DNA from: Amoebidium appalachense
Lineage: Eukaryota; Protista; Ichthyosporea
DNA: 64,000 nucleotides
Direction of reading: 5' to 3'
NCBI GenBank assembly: GCA_963693365.1
Contig: CAVNZM010000002.1
Coordinates: forward strand, 6,461,943-6,525,942
Below the pieces are notes generated by a model that was given only the letters and a program-made list of their open reading frames with translations, had not been told where the DNA came from and did no database searches. This document shows, piece after piece, positions 1-23,584 of the stretch. Positions within the stretch are counted from its first letter, which is position 1; each line of letters starts with the position of its first letter. The translations under genes and the position numbers were made by a program.

Positions 1-189
1 TGGCACGGTGGGTGTTTGGGCCAAAAAATGTGTGAATTTCTTCAAGGGGGTTGTGTGTATGAAATTTGCTCTGCTGTTTTCCTGTGTTTACACATGTGTA
101 TGAAACGAGCTGTGCTATTTGCATGTGTTTGCTTGGTGGATACTTAGTGCTTGCGTATGTGTGTGTACACAATGGGTACGCAAGTGTTT

Positions 190-313
<124 letters not shown>

Positions 314-399
314 CTATGGTAGGAAAGATATTGGCCTGTGTGTGTGTGTGTGTTGTGCACGTGCCCAAACTGACAGAGGGTGTCTCTCTCTACCCCCAG

Positions 400-595
400 C
401 ATGCGGTCAGTAGCCCTAGCAAAGACATCTTCCACTTTGCAGACCAGACCATCGCCCTGCAGATCACAGACCCTCAGACCCTGGCTGGTGCGTGTCCTAA
501 ATGCTTCTCTTTTTTTTCTTCCCTTTTCATTCCCTTTTTAAATTTTTTTTCTTTTTCTTTTTTCTTGTTCTTCTCTTTCTTTTTCTTTTTCTTTT

Positions 596-645
<50 letters not shown>

Positions 646-1347
646 GAAGCAGAGGTTCAGATTCTTTATTGGCTTTTACTGGCAGTCTGTGTATAAATGC
701 GCTCTCCCCCTCTCTGCCCTCCCCTTCCCATCCTCACTGTTGCCCTTCTCTCCCTTCACTTCCTTGTCAGGAGTTTGATGATTGTTGCAAAAATTGCACG
801 ACGGGGGGGGGGGGGGGGGTGGTTTAGAAAAATGCATTGGTTGCCATGCAGAATACACAAAGGGAGGGATGTAAAGGGCCACCACACCAACACGGTTTGT
901 AGTGCTCTGTGTACATCCCACCCTTTTACGTTTGTGGGTGTTGTTGTAGCTGGCTTGGAGATGGTACTAACCTTCCGTCCGCCCTCTGTCGCCTCCTCCC
1001 ATCACCCCACTCATATTTCCTCCCCCCCCTCCCCCCTCCCCCCTCCCCCTCCCCCCCCCCCCCTGCCCCCGCTCCCCCTCCCTCATTTCTCTCACCCAAC
1101 CCTGCGCTAAACACACAAACACACGCAGGCACACACATACACACGTATGCACACACACACAACACACACACGCACACGCACACGCACACACACACGCACA
1201 CGCACACGCACACACACACACACACACACACAAACACGCATGCGCGCTTACCCCCCCCCCCCCCCCCCCCCTCCCCCCCCCCCCCCCCCCCCCACCCACC
1301 CACCCACCCACCCACCCACCCACGCATACACACACACAAACACAAAC

Positions 1348-1414
<67 letters not shown>

Positions 1415-1695
1415 TGCACGTTTTGCCATCAGCATTCGCGACAGTGATGATGTCGGGCGCAGCAGCAAGACATATTCGTGCTTGGTGCCTATGCACACAG
1501 CAATGGGTGGGGACGAGCCCAGAACAGTCACCATGCAGGTGGGGAGGGGGGCAAGGTGCTGGGGTTTGCTGACCATGCAAATACGGTTGAGGTGGCTGCC
1601 CCAGCCTACTTAGGGGTGCGCTCTGGTTGACTTGTTGTTTGTCTTTTTATTTATTTGTTTGTTTGTTTGTTTCTTTTCTTTCTTTGTTTGTTTGT

Positions 1696-1730
<35 letters not shown>

Positions 1731-2126
1731 GGGGGGAGAGTGGAGGGGGGTTGGATGGCATCATGGTTTGTCGGTCTGTTAAGGTTGGTGGGTTCGGTCG
1801 GTAGATTTCTGGGTCTGTGGATGGGTGGGCTGGCTGGATGATTTTTTTTCGCCTGTAAATATGAGTTGATAAGGTTAGGCAGATTGTGTAAAGGTGGGGT
1901 AATACGTCGAATGGGGGGTTTGGTTGAGGAGCAATCGGCAAAAATGAGTTAGTTATTATGGTTGTGAAGGTAAAGAATTGGTACGATGTTTTGTATTGTT
2001 TATAGGAGACGAAAGCCTTCAGGTGTATGTAGGTTTACCTCGTGTTTTTTTTGCAGAGCTGGTGAACTGGGTGTGAGTCTGTGTGTGAGGAGAATGGGGG
2101 TGGGGTCTGGTTGGGAGGATCGAGGG

Positions 2127-2160
<34 letters not shown>

Positions 2161-3129
2161 GGAATTTAACGAACGGTAGGCTATGTAGTTCAGTTTTAAA
2201 GGCTCTGCCCAGGGAAGGGTATGCATGAATGCAGATCATGTATTATATATCGCAATTGCTTGAATCTTCTGTACGACTGTAGATAGTAATCTCGACCGAA
2301 GATTGCTGCCTAGCTTTGTAGCATCCGACCACGTTGGAAAGCAGTCTGACATGTGGCACCAAAACAAATACGCTTCACATGTACAATTGTGAACAATAAA
2401 CACTGACCTCATGAAATGATGTTGGGTGCTTTGAGTTTAATGTATGTGGACGGGCAGGGAAGGGGGGGGGGGGGGGGGGGGGGGGGCTTGGTTGGGTCGT
2501 GGGTATCGATCTCCTTCCCCTTCACTGTAGTATAGTGGTGGTGCCCCTCCCCCCCCCCTCCCCCCCCCCCCCCCACGTGCACCCCACCTCCCATCCCACC
2601 CCGGTGCACAAACTCTTGCACTTCGGTTGGAGTCATGATCAAGGCTTCTAAATGTACATTGCGGCAACGAGTATCAAATGCTCGTATATCATACCTCATG
2701 TGGGGGAGAGAGCTAGAGAGAGTCTGAGAGAGATACGGAGAGAAGCCTTTAAATTTGAGAGAGAGATCTAATTAGAGAGAGGAAGAGAGAAAGTGTGTTT
2801 TCATGTGTTTAGCGTGATATTCCAGGTATGTGCGCATCAAGACTCCGTATATGATAAATGGGTGTATGGGCCAAGAAAGCAAGATGGAGGGGTGGGGGGG
2901 GGGGGGGGGGGGGGGAAGGGGGGTAGGCCGAGACGGGGAATCGGAGAAGAAGAGCTCGTGTGAGAAAAGGTGCACTTGAGAGAGTAATTAGGATGTACAT
3001 GCATGCCACGGTGCCTGAAGCATTTCGACTCTGTCCTGGTGTGCAGATGGTGTGTGGCTGTATTGTACGTATGCACGTCACGGAAGGGCCTGTGTAACGT
3101 TATAATACACACACAGTGTCACATCACAG

Positions 3130-3162
<33 letters not shown>

Positions 3163-3483
3163 TGTGTGTAGTGTGTGTGTGTGTGTGTGTGCGCGCGCGC
3201 GTGTGGGTGTGCGCGTGTGTGTATGTGTGTGAGTACGTGTGTACGTGTGTATGTGTGTGTGTGCGCGCGTGCATGTGTGTGTGTGGGTGTGTGGGTGTGC
3301 GCGCGCATGTACTTTTTCTTTTTTTCTTTGTTTTTTCCCCCTTCCAAAAGTCCAAACCAGCTTTTATAACAATAATAAATACCGGTTTATTAGTTTCTGG
3401 TGCTCTTCTTTCTCCTCGAGACCTCGCAGGATCCCTACCCCCCTCCTCCGGCTCTCTCTCTCTCTCCCCCTCCCCCCCCCCCT

Positions 3484-3561
<78 letters not shown>

Positions 3562-3616
3562 TCTCTCTCTCTCTCCCCCCACCCCCCCCCTCTCTCTCTC
3601 TCTCCCCCACCCTCCC

Positions 3617-3654
<38 letters not shown>

Positions 3655-3763
3655 CCTCCCCCCCTCTCTCTCTCCCCCCCTCTCTCTCTCCCTCTCTCAG
3701 AGTCTCCCTCCCTCCCTCTCTCACAGTCTCCCTCCCTCCCTCCCTCCCTCCCTCCCTCCCTCC

Positions 3764-3820
<57 letters not shown>

Positions 3821-6800
3821 TCCCCCCCCCCCCCCTCTCTCTCTCCCCCCACCCCCCCCCCTCTCTCTCTCTCTCCGTCCCTCCGTCCCTCCGTCCCTCC
3901 GTCCCTCCGTCCCTCCCTCCGTCCCTCCCTCCGTCCCTCCCTCCCTCCCTCCCTCCCTCCCTCCCTCCCTCCCTCCCTCCCTCCCTCTCTCTCTCCAGGT
4001 CACGTGCACGGGTGTTTGGACAGGGGTACCGAGATCACAGAGATCTAGAAGTGCGACGTCGGCCAATGGATCATGAGCATTGTGACACTTGCGAAATATT
4101 TTCTACTTCCAAAAGATAGGTTTGATATAAGACACGGCCGAGTAGGTGGGTTGGCCAACGGGGGAATGATCAAACATATCGCCCAGGCTAATAATTTTTT
4201 ACGAACTCGTGAAGTCCGGCCCCTCACTCAGGCCAGCCCTGCCTCACGCCGGGCCATGCGGCCAAAGTTCAAACTCTTGCCAATCATGTCCAGATCACTA
4301 GACCAATCAGCGTTTACTTTGGCACAAAGCAGAGAGGGGCAAAAAGATCTGGTTAGATCATAGACAAAGCAGTGCTCGAGCCCAATCTGAACCTTGTGCA
4401 GAAAAAACTAGACTGTACCATAGACTTGCGCCTTCATACAAAAATATAGCTATCAAAGTAGCAAGGAAAAGCCTACGTTGTCATAGGCTTTGTACAAACA
4501 TTTTTTTTCTTTTGTTTTTTATTTCGCAGATTCTTCTCTGACTCATCCAAATGCATGCATGTGCCACGGATGGCATTTGCATGCCGCGCGGCTCATTCTG
4601 GGATTCAAGACCCCGGAGTTTTAGGGGCACAAAAAGGACACTAACATTTTGACTCGGATAATGTCCACTGACTGTGTAAACAGCGGCCGTAGAAGGTTAA
4701 GATATATAGAAAACACACCCCGGGATGATTGGTCTCTTTTAAGTAACATTTAGACCCTCATTTAGACGGGGGGCAACTACCAAAAGTGCGTCCAACATGT
4801 AACACGATGGTTTCACACCCTGCGGGGAATTCATGAGCAGTCTGACCATTGGACAAGCCGGCGGAGCCAGTGAACCGCCACGGCGCCACCATAGATCAGG
4901 TTGCTTTTTGGTTCCAAATTCTTGAAAGAGCACCTATTAGCTCATTGATTCCCAGACTCTACCTATGTTCGAAACAAAATAAATAAAACTTAAATACATA
5001 TATAATATTGTTAATCTTAGTTTTTCCGGCTGGTTTTGTAAGTTTCCTCGCAGACCGCACACGGTAGGTCGATCCTGTGTTTTTGTCGACACGGAGAGCC
5101 TATGGAACCCCCTGGTCCTGAAACCCCCCACTTGTACCGCTGTCCAGTTGAAGCCTAAGTTAAGCTCCAGGAGTTGATCAAAAACATGATAACTTCGTGC
5201 CTTTTAGCTTTTTGTGCTTCTGCGCGTTGGCCATTAAAAAAATAGGGGCAGTTGAGTGTGGTAATACTGCAATTACTGGCCTAATAAGGTGGAGGGCCGC
5301 CAGACCATGGGGGGCCGCCGGGGAGTCCGGTAGATTTCTAGGTTTAGGGGGTTCGTCATGTAACACAACGTGGGCGCCTCCCACGCCATCTCTCCGACCA
5401 ACCTAACCACACACATGGAAAGGATCTCTAGCCGTGCCAATAAACATAATATATCTAAAACATCAACCTCGTCTTTTCCCCGCATTACTCGCCATATATC
5501 ATTTACCAGTACACCATTATTCCCAGTGCACGCACTGTGTCACCGTTCGCAGTACTAGGGCCCTCGCCCTCGTGTGTGTTCCGATTGACATGTCCACCAA
5601 TCAAAACACCGGATCTTGCCGCCTTCGAAATGCCCAACCTCCCTCTGAGCTCCTATGTACACTACGTATGCGCGGCACTGAAGCTGCCAGGCTGTGACGG
5701 GCTGCCACACTTGTGTGTTTTACTCCAAACACCTGGTAGCTTTCATAAGTTCTTGTGCGAAAATCCCTATACTTGCTCTATGTTAGCAACACACTTACAT
5801 ACGATTGCACACTTCCTAGTTGCCCCGTTACGTGACCTAAGTTAGGCCTTAGTTGGTGCTAGGGAACACAAGGGTGCCGGGCCTACGCTAGAAGTAGGGG
5901 CACACAGGCATTGCATCTCTTCAGGTCGGTGCATTGCCTAGGCATAGGCAAGAGTGTGTGCGGGTGTGAAGCACTATGTGCGCGCGTATGGCCCGGTCGG
6001 TGCCCGGCCTTGGCCGCTAGAGCACTCTCGCACACTCCCTCGCAGATGGCCCGCCCTCAGCCAGGGCGCCAGTCGCCCGAAAAGACCAGCCCGGAGGTCC
6101 TACCGGGTGATCGTTTCTTCTGGGCCCCCCCCTTCCCTCTCTAAATGAGCAATCGAAAAATCCCCTCTCTTTTAGTCGCAGCGACCCTGTCATATCCTTT
6201 AGTAAACCCACAGCCTACCCCCCCACAGTTACCACGACCAATTCCTACCGCCCCCACCCACGACCACTTTCTCATAGCCCAGCCTTTTCTGTCGGTGGCT
6301 CCCCGAACTCTCTTCACGGTGAGCGCAGGCCACAGCAGGATAGTGACCAGTTCTCCCTTTACGCAAAAGCCATGAAATCAGCACAGGCGAGCCAACAGAC
6401 ACACAGCAAGAGGCAGGTTCTCGATTTGCTCGACTACTACGACCAACTTGACCAGGCACACCGGCAGGAGTCCACGCGCGAACAGGCACAGGCACATACA
6501 CAGAAGCGGCAGCAGGCACTACACGCCACCGACCTGCACGGGCACCGGCAGGAGGGTCACTTCAGTTACCAGACAGAGGGCCTGCGCAGAGAATTCAGAC
6601 GCTACACGGCTGACCCTGCCGGCTGGCCGCACACACACAGTTGCCACGATACTTCACCTCCATACGTGCCACCACCACACGCGGTGGGTGCACGATGCCT
6701 CCCTCCTCCCTCTTTGCTTTTCTAGCTGTGAGCATCCATGACCTGTGGGGCATTATTTCAGAGGAGACTTCAAGAACAAATCACTTAGCATTTGGGTTTG

Positions 6801-9390
6801 CTTTCTAGTTGCGTAAAGAAGCAGACTGGCCAAAACAATTCAGCAGATCGATAACCCATAGATTTGGGCAATGTTTTTGCAGATGCACCTTTGGTTTTTG
6901 TCTTCAAGCCCTCTTGCTGTCACTTATTTGTTTTCTGGTTGCAGAATGCACGTCGGGAGGCATATGGATCTGTGCCTGCACACCTCAGCGACCTGAGCAG
7001 CGAGCGCTATGTGGGCCACTACAGCACCACACAGCTGCTGCAGGAGGTTGGGTCTACCATAGTCAAGATAACACCGGAACTGATGGTGCGTGTTGATGAC
7101 GGGAACGGGGCGGTTGCTAGAGTTGATATATGCATAGTTGAGAAGGATCAGCGAGTGGGACCGAAAGAAATATGGGTGGACATGATCTTGTTTTCTGAGA
7201 AAAGGGTGTGAGAAGCGCCATGATGGTGGGGGATGGGGGATCTGAACCTGAAGCCATGACATGATGGCGCATTACTTGTTTGTTATTTTTGAAGGAGGCA
7301 CTGGTCATGTCTTCTTCTTTTGTCTCCTGTTTTTTATGCCGCTATCGAAAAGTATTGTTTCTATTCTTGTTTGTGTTTTAATTTTTGAAACCTTTTTTGG
7401 CATGACGCGCTAGTCATCATGCGGATGATGGCTTTTTTGCGCTGACTTTCTGGTCAGCATTCTTTACACATTAGTTGTTTGCTTGCATGGTTGGGTCTTC
7501 TCAAGGGTTGATGGGGTTGTTTGCGTACCCATCTAACCCCATTTTGGCCAATCAGGAGCGGTTCCTATTGGACATGTGCGACATCATCACTGACTACGGG
7601 CCAGGCCACCCCGAGGGTGAGCCGCTGACAGAGGTGGTGACGTCATTTGCCACGTGGGCAAAGGACTGCGACCTGCTGCTGGTCTACACAGACCTGCGAA
7701 CGGAGGTATTACCAAAATGGGACGGGGGTGAGGTTTCTATAGTAACCGAGAGCAGTAATGAGGGGGAAGGGGGAGGGAGGGCGGCAAGATTGTGGCTTCA
7801 ATTGCAATTCAATTGACAACATTGCGATTTGGAATTGTGAATCGCGATGTTGCCCCATGATAGATGTGTCAGTGTGTGGATAGATAGAATGCGGCTTATC
7901 TGTCATCGGGATGGGTCATCGTGGCAGCACGAAACGTCAAAACGACTGTTGATGTTGGCTTCGGTAGCAGATCGAGTACAAGGTCATTTTCAAATTTATG
8001 TACGACTAAAGCTCAAGTTAGTGAGCCTGCTGAGCTCAATGACATAAACACCAGGCAACCAGCACCGTGACTTTTCCAGGCATATGTGTGCTCATACAAC
8101 TTAAAACAGTCAATCTATTTCAGCAGCATGTTTTCTAATACCCATTGTCTGAAATACAGGGTACTCGGTAGAAAAACAAGGTGTATCAACAAGCCGAATA
8201 TCAGATATTTGTTCATGGTTTTTTCGTTTGTTACTTTATACATGACACATCCAACATATACCGACGCACGAAATTCGTTGTTGCATGTAAACGTTTTTAC
8301 CCATGTTGTCATCTAATGACGTGCAAAGGGCGAGTTATACTGTACCATTCACGTGCTAGGTCCTGCATTGCCAACCTGCAATGTCATCTATGTATTCAAG
8401 GGATCAATCAAACCTCGGTGTGACCTTCCCCCTTTTTCACATGCCGTTTTGCACGTATTTTGAACACACCCCATTTGTGACGTCATTGTGCACCCACTCA
8501 CACCCCGTGCGCAGGTTGCCTCTGTGCTTGGCCGGACCGTGATCCAGTGGGAGGGCCGGGCTGCCACTGTCAAGTCCATTCGCCGCAAAAACACACGCTA
8601 CTACGGTGTCCGCTTCAGGGTATGTCCAACCCCCTACCCCGCTTCCTCACCTTATTCTCTCTCCCTCTTTTTTGGGGGGGGAGGGAGAGGGCACATGTAG
8701 TCGTGAAGCGCCAAACAACTATACTTCGCCATGCGCCTGCCCATACAGATAACGTCCGCCATTAAGATTCGCGGCCATTAAGATTACGCTAGTGGCCAAG
8801 TCCGGGTTTTTTTAAGATTATGCCCCGCGACCAGATTTCGGGCTGATCTTATTGGCGGACGGTAGATAAAATCATACTGGATCATGCATTTTCATGCATG
8901 GCACCGGGTGGGCAGGAAGCCAAGCCAATCAAACAGTAGCAAAAAGCGCCAAAGTTACTCGGTCTGACTCGGAGGCCCAAACACAAATCTAAAACTGCAT
9001 CCTCCCCCCCCCCCCCCCCCCCCCCTCCTCCCCTGGAGGCCCAAACACAAATTTAAAATTGCATCCTCCCCCCCCCCCCCCCCCCCCCCCCCCCCCACCG
9101 ATAATAACACTACTGCCGGTGTAAGTAAATACTGCCTGCACCCCCCCCCCCCCCAATAAGCTTACGACAGTGACCTCTAAAAAACATATGATTATGTCCC
9201 GCACACCCATTTTGGGGGGGTTCTTAATGGCGGACGGTATCTGTATGTGCCAATACCAGCTACCGTGCGCATGTCCCAGTCTTTGCATTTCAGCACAGTC
9301 TTGTCTGGTAATTTATCTCCACCTTTGTTCATGTGTATGCACCAAAGTCGAGCTTAAAATGGAAGGCTAGGTTTAAGCTCCTGTTTTCCC

Positions 9391-9421
<31 letters not shown>

Positions 9422-9996
9422 AGGGGGAATCCAAGATGCTGTATATTACATTGCACGACTAACACTTGCACGTCGTTCAACAGCTGGCAGACAAGGGCCC
9501 CGTGTACGGGCACAGCACCCACAACCAACCCCTGAGCCACCGTGCAGCCAGCCACGATGCCACGGCCAATCTGGGCAAGTCCCTCTCCTTCATGTCTCCG
9601 AGCCCCCCCGAACCCCCCCGGCCCACATTCCGCTCCCCCCGCCCACCCGTGCACGTGCGCCAGTCAAGATCCCTCTCCCAAGGCAGCGCTCCCCGCCACC
9701 CCCCACTGGGTGCATACGGCAGGGTCATCCAACCCCCCCAGCAAATGCCCCCTCCGCCTGCACCGTCGTATTCCCTTTTTGCGCAACAGCCGGACACACC
9801 AACCGGGCTATTTTCGATGCAGAACCCCAAAACTTTCTATGGTCGTGGCGCATATTCGCCCGTGTCTAGCAACAGGCATCACGTGCGCCACCAACACGAA
9901 GCCGGCAACCAACCGGCAGATGGCATGCTGGATCACGTGCTCTCGAGCTCTGGCCCGTGGATTGGAGGTAGGCCGGTGAGTGGGAAATACTCGTGA
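400..9996 (+). CDS. Uncharacterised multi-exon protein, 5' end outside window (C2-like N-terminal part, possible winged-helix domain, Pro/Ser-rich tail)
   Basis: Phase-consistent AG/GT exon chain: 400-487, 1414-1538, 3999-4011, 5553-5665, 6046-6106, 6229-6683, 6945-7085, 7556-7705, 8515-8619, 9484-9975 (GTGAGT donor) or to the stop at 9996. It translates without stops: [47 protein letters not shown]...[23 protein letters not shown]...[11 protein letters not shown]...[11 protein letters not shown]. Domain calls are inference. Confidence 0.65.
8746..9243. mobile_element. Tc1/mariner-type MITE (about 500 bp) in an intron
   Basis: TIRs CAGATAACGTCCGCCATTAAGA (from 8746) and TCTTAATGGCGGACGGTATCTG (ending 9243), 1 mismatch. 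Flanked by TA on both sides (8744-45, 9244-45). Extra internal TIR-like copy near 8847-8867. No transposase ORF. Confidence 0.8.
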
Positions 9997-10558
9997 GAGT
10001 GCGTGAGAGTGAAGTATGTAAAATGATACACGGATAATTTTTTGATGTTTAATATGGTCGGATATACATAAACTTCCGATTATCATTGATGAAAGTTAGT
10101 ATAAGTGGTGGATAATGGGGATGTACTCTTTTGCCTGTTCAAATATTTTGTTCAGATTATAGTATCCTACTTAATGCCTGAAATGCATTATCTGATTAAA
10201 ACTGAAAGAAATTGTGAATTTAGCTCATTGACAATAAGTAGTATGGAGGAAACAAAAGATGCACCGCTCAGCCTTTTGGATGCCGTGCTAAGCAGTATAA
10301 ATTACGTTGTTTTTCCAGCCTCCGTTGTGCGCTTGTGCTTTTGGCTGCTCATCTCACGTCTGTGAATAGTGTATATTGTTACAGTTTACATACATGTAGA
10401 GATATGTTGTATATGCAGTTTGGAGTAGGCCTTTGATTTGGGTTTGGTTGTAACACAAACACATCAGGTGTATATTGTTCGTGTGCATGCTTTATATCAA
10501 ATTTTGGTTTGGCTTTAGACTCTTTCTTCTGTATTTGATCGGTTTGATTTTTTTATTT

Positions 10559-10619
<61 letters not shown>

Positions 10620-11584
10620 ATTATCTAAGGGCCCCGTTTGCAAAAATGTGCGCAGCGCGCAACTGCATAGTTCTGTCCGTTTGTTTGGGAGCCAGCTAGC
10701 TAGCTTATGTACCGGCTTCATGGCTCCCCGCTTTCTTAGTTTAGTCTCAGATTTCCTAGGTTCTGTATGGACATACTGTCAGCGATATGCCAGCAGCTTG
10801 CGTGCTGGTATTGGTTACATCTGTAAGGCAGATAGCCTCAATCGATAGGCAAGAACTAGACCGTGTCAAATCAATGTCGGTGCTATTCTTGGGAGCACAC
10901 TTTATAGGGTAACTGTCTGTGCACAGGCAGTACTGCTATGGGGCATTGTTTGATGCCATATACACAGGCTGTACTATATGGACTGGAACACACAGTCTAC
11001 TGTACAAATGAATCTCTTTGGAGCACATCGTGTCACACTCCCTGCTGTGCATGTATGTGGCGAGTGGATGTATATGTGGACGCATTGTTCTTGCTGAGCG
11101 GCATGTTTTTTTTTTTTTTTTTTTTTTTTTTTTTGTTTTTTTTTGTGTGTGAGTGGGCGGAGGGGGCGGGGGGGTACCCTACTTATGCTCAAAATCTTGC
11201 ATTCATTTAAATGTATCAGTTTCAAATTGCACTGTCACATCGTGCCCCGGCATTCATTTGCAACCTCTATTTGTTGCAAGAGACGTCGGGCAGAGTTGGT
11301 TGTATTGTGTACATGTGCTTTTGGAGAACCGTTCTGGCAGGACTATCCTGGAGGGGGGGGGGGGGGGGAGAGGGGGGGCACTGATGATTAGCCCAGGGAA
11401 CTTTCATACACCAGTGATAGGTGCACCTGCATTTTGATATGATGTAGTATACATCAACTGCGGTTGTATTGAAACAGAAGGCTATCAGATTCTAGAATCA
11501 CATCAACACCGGTTGTCTTTGTTCGAGTCACTGAACTATATTTGCAGTGCCACCCCCCCCCCCCTTCCCCCCCCCCCCAAAAAA

Positions 11585-11641
<57 letters not shown>

Positions 11642-11692
11642 CCCCTTCCCCGCCACCCCCCGCCTCTTTCCTCCTTCCTCTCTCTCTCTCTA

Positions 11693-11798
<106 letters not shown>

Positions 11799-12698
11799 CC
11801 TCCCTCCCTCCCCCTCTCCCCCCTCTTTCTCTCCCTCTCCCTCTCCCTCTCCCTCTCTCTCCCCTTACCCCCCCCCCCCCCCCCCCTCTCTCTCTCTCTC
11901 TGTCTCTGTCTCTCGAGCTCTCTCCCCCTCCCCTCTCCCCCACAAAAAAAAAAAAAAAAGGGAAGGAAAGGGACGAAAAGAAAGAAAAGAAAGGAAGATA
12001 CACCCCCATTTCAAAAAGGAAAGAAGAGAACAAAACGAAAAAAGAGGAGAGAAAAAGGAAATTAACGCAACACACACACGGAATGTGTAGTGCTGTGTCT
12101 GCTTACCTATTATAGATAGGATATGTTTCATGCACGCATGCACGTCATGTAATAAAAAACATGCCAGTAACCGCACATACAAGAACACATGCACAGACAC
12201 ACACACACGCAAATCCATATTTCATCACACACCCAACTAGGCGGTGTGTCCGTGAAACGTGCTAATTTGCCAGGACCTGGACCGTGTGTAGATATATCGA
12301 TCGATACGAAACCTGTTTTGTGCACGCGCATGTACACAATGGCCTGACTATAAATAATACAATAGACATACTCAGTGGGCAGAGTGTCACTGATAAAGTG
12401 CTACCATTCTTCCCAGGTTCTCTACAGCACATTATTATTATTATATCGCTTATTATGCATATATATAGTAAGGCAAAAAAACACTGCATAATAATGCTCG
12501 AATTGATATGCTGAGAGATGGTTATGGTGGCTGCGGTGGAGGAGAGAAATCTCTAGAAGGAGGAGTGCAGCAGAGGGTACAGCAAGGTGAGTCGCAGGCA
12601 CGGCACAGAACCAGACACGTGCAGACCTCGAAGCCGAGCACGACGAACGATGATCACTGATGGCGTTTCGACTCTTTGAAAAATTTGGTATGCTAAGT

Positions 12699-12810
12699 GA
12701 TTGGATTCCCGCGTTCCTATTGGTTAACAACTTTACATTTCTATTGGCGGTAAGCGCACTTTCCCTTAAGCCAATAGGAATCAAGCAGTCTTCGCATGAA
12801 TTGGTGAATT
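12699..12810. promoter_or_regulatory. CCAAT-box cluster upstream of receptor paralogue 1
   Basis: Several ATTGG/CCAAT motifs (gattgg, cctattgg, tctattgg, ccaatagg, aattgg) within about 110 bp, roughly 700 bp upstream of the ATG at 13500. Function is unproven. Confidence 0.25.
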
Positions 12811-13499
12811 CTATTCAGATCTGGGACCATGGCGTGATGACACGGTGATGTCCGAAAGAAGTAGGAGAAAGAACCTGACACGTGTACCTGGGAACCAGCC
12901 TAAAAGACATAGCATCAATTTGATTTCGACATTATCACAAGCGAACACGCTTGTGGCGACATCGAGCACCTTGCTCTTTCTCACCACCTAATAAGTAGAG
13001 CTGCGTTTGCCGTGTGCTGAGAACGTTCACGCAGGGCTGTAACTTTTTCGTTTCCACACAGGAGACCTTCTTTTCTCCACAGCTGAAGTTTACATGCCTA
13101 CAGTTATCAAGTGTATCTCTCATGCCGTAGTTATATGCATACTTATGTAACAGGCTGTTTGTGCATGCATATCCTCTCAACTAGATCTCGTGCATGATAT
13201 ATATCGATACTTATCCTACACGAGTTTAAAATTTGTGTACCTTCTCATGGGTGCATTTGCTTCTTCTTATTTTGAAACTGGATTAACTTTTTTTGCAAGC
13301 ATTATAGTCCTTTTTTTACACGAACTTCACTATATTTTATGTCACCACGTCCGGTTAGAGGAAGTAAGTGGACGTTGACCGTCGACTGCCAATCAGACAA
13401 GACAATTTAACGAAAACTTTTCCCTGCTGCTTGTTCAAGTGAAGAAACCCATACTAAACTCGCTGTGTTGAAGTTTAAATCAATGTTCACAACGGCAAC

Positions 13500-22532
<9,033 letters not shown>

Positions 22533-23321
22533 CCGTGTACGATCGCGAAAAACCAGAATTATTTCGTCACTCAGGCATTACTATATATGGATTTTAACTA
22601 TATATGTCATGTAGCATAATGGTGGCATGAGGCCATAATAACTAACCTACCACTACGAGTAAAGTGCATCCCTGAGCAGGCTCAAGCTTGAGTAATTTGG
22701 GCAAACTCTCGGCTGTCGGATAATATTAACGAGCACACCCACCTCATGGCCCTTGCTCCGGGGATACTTCAATAATCCTATATAATATCCGATTAAAATG
22801 ATCACACAGCTTATGTTCAAATAACGAGGCATCCTAGTGCAAAAGAAGTTCCCGGTGCAAATTTTCCTGTGATAGGGAACGTAGAGCGAGAAAGAAATGC
22901 CCTGGGGGGTGGGGCACGGCCTGAAGACAGAAGAAAATTTAGCAGTTTCGAAAGAAGGGGTAGATTCTGAACACGGACCATAATAAAGGAGGGTGGTGGT
23001 GGTGGTGTTGGATGGGTGGGTCGGTGGGGGGTGGGGGGGCATAAGCAAATCAAAACATTTACACACCGCAAGAGAGGGGGGGGGGGGGGGGGGGGGGGGC
23101 TTATTCATTGCATAGCAGCACACAGTATCATAATTTTCAACCATCCTCCAATCTCTACAGCTATATAAGGCTCGATAGATCAGTCCATCGGCTGCATATC
23201 ACACCTGAGGCACCCCCACCCCCCACCCCCCCCACCCCACCCGCTTCCCCCCCCCCCCCCCCCTCCCCCTCCCCCCGCCCCACACCCCTTCTACACACAC
23301 ACGCGTGCACACACAGACACA

Positions 23322-23398
<77 letters not shown>

Positions 23399-23547
23399 GG
23401 ACACACACACACACACACACGCACGCACGCACACACACACACACACACATACACACACAAACGGACACACACACATACACATACACACACGTACACACAC
23501 ACACACGCGCGCGCGCGCGCGCGCGCACGGACACACACACACACCCA

Positions 23548-23584
<37 letters not shown>

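Noticed and set aside
4021-5114. Possible hAT-like element (CAGGGGTACC ... GGAACCCCCTG), right end partly similar to 35588-35612
   Set aside because: The TIR is short and imperfect, and the flanking 8-mers (tgtttgga vs gtcctgaa) do not form a TSD.
5524-5558. Helitron-like 3' end (hairpin cagtgc-ac-gcactg then CTAG)
   Set aside because: No matching 5' TC or A|T target; the region is better explained as a splice acceptor and exon start.
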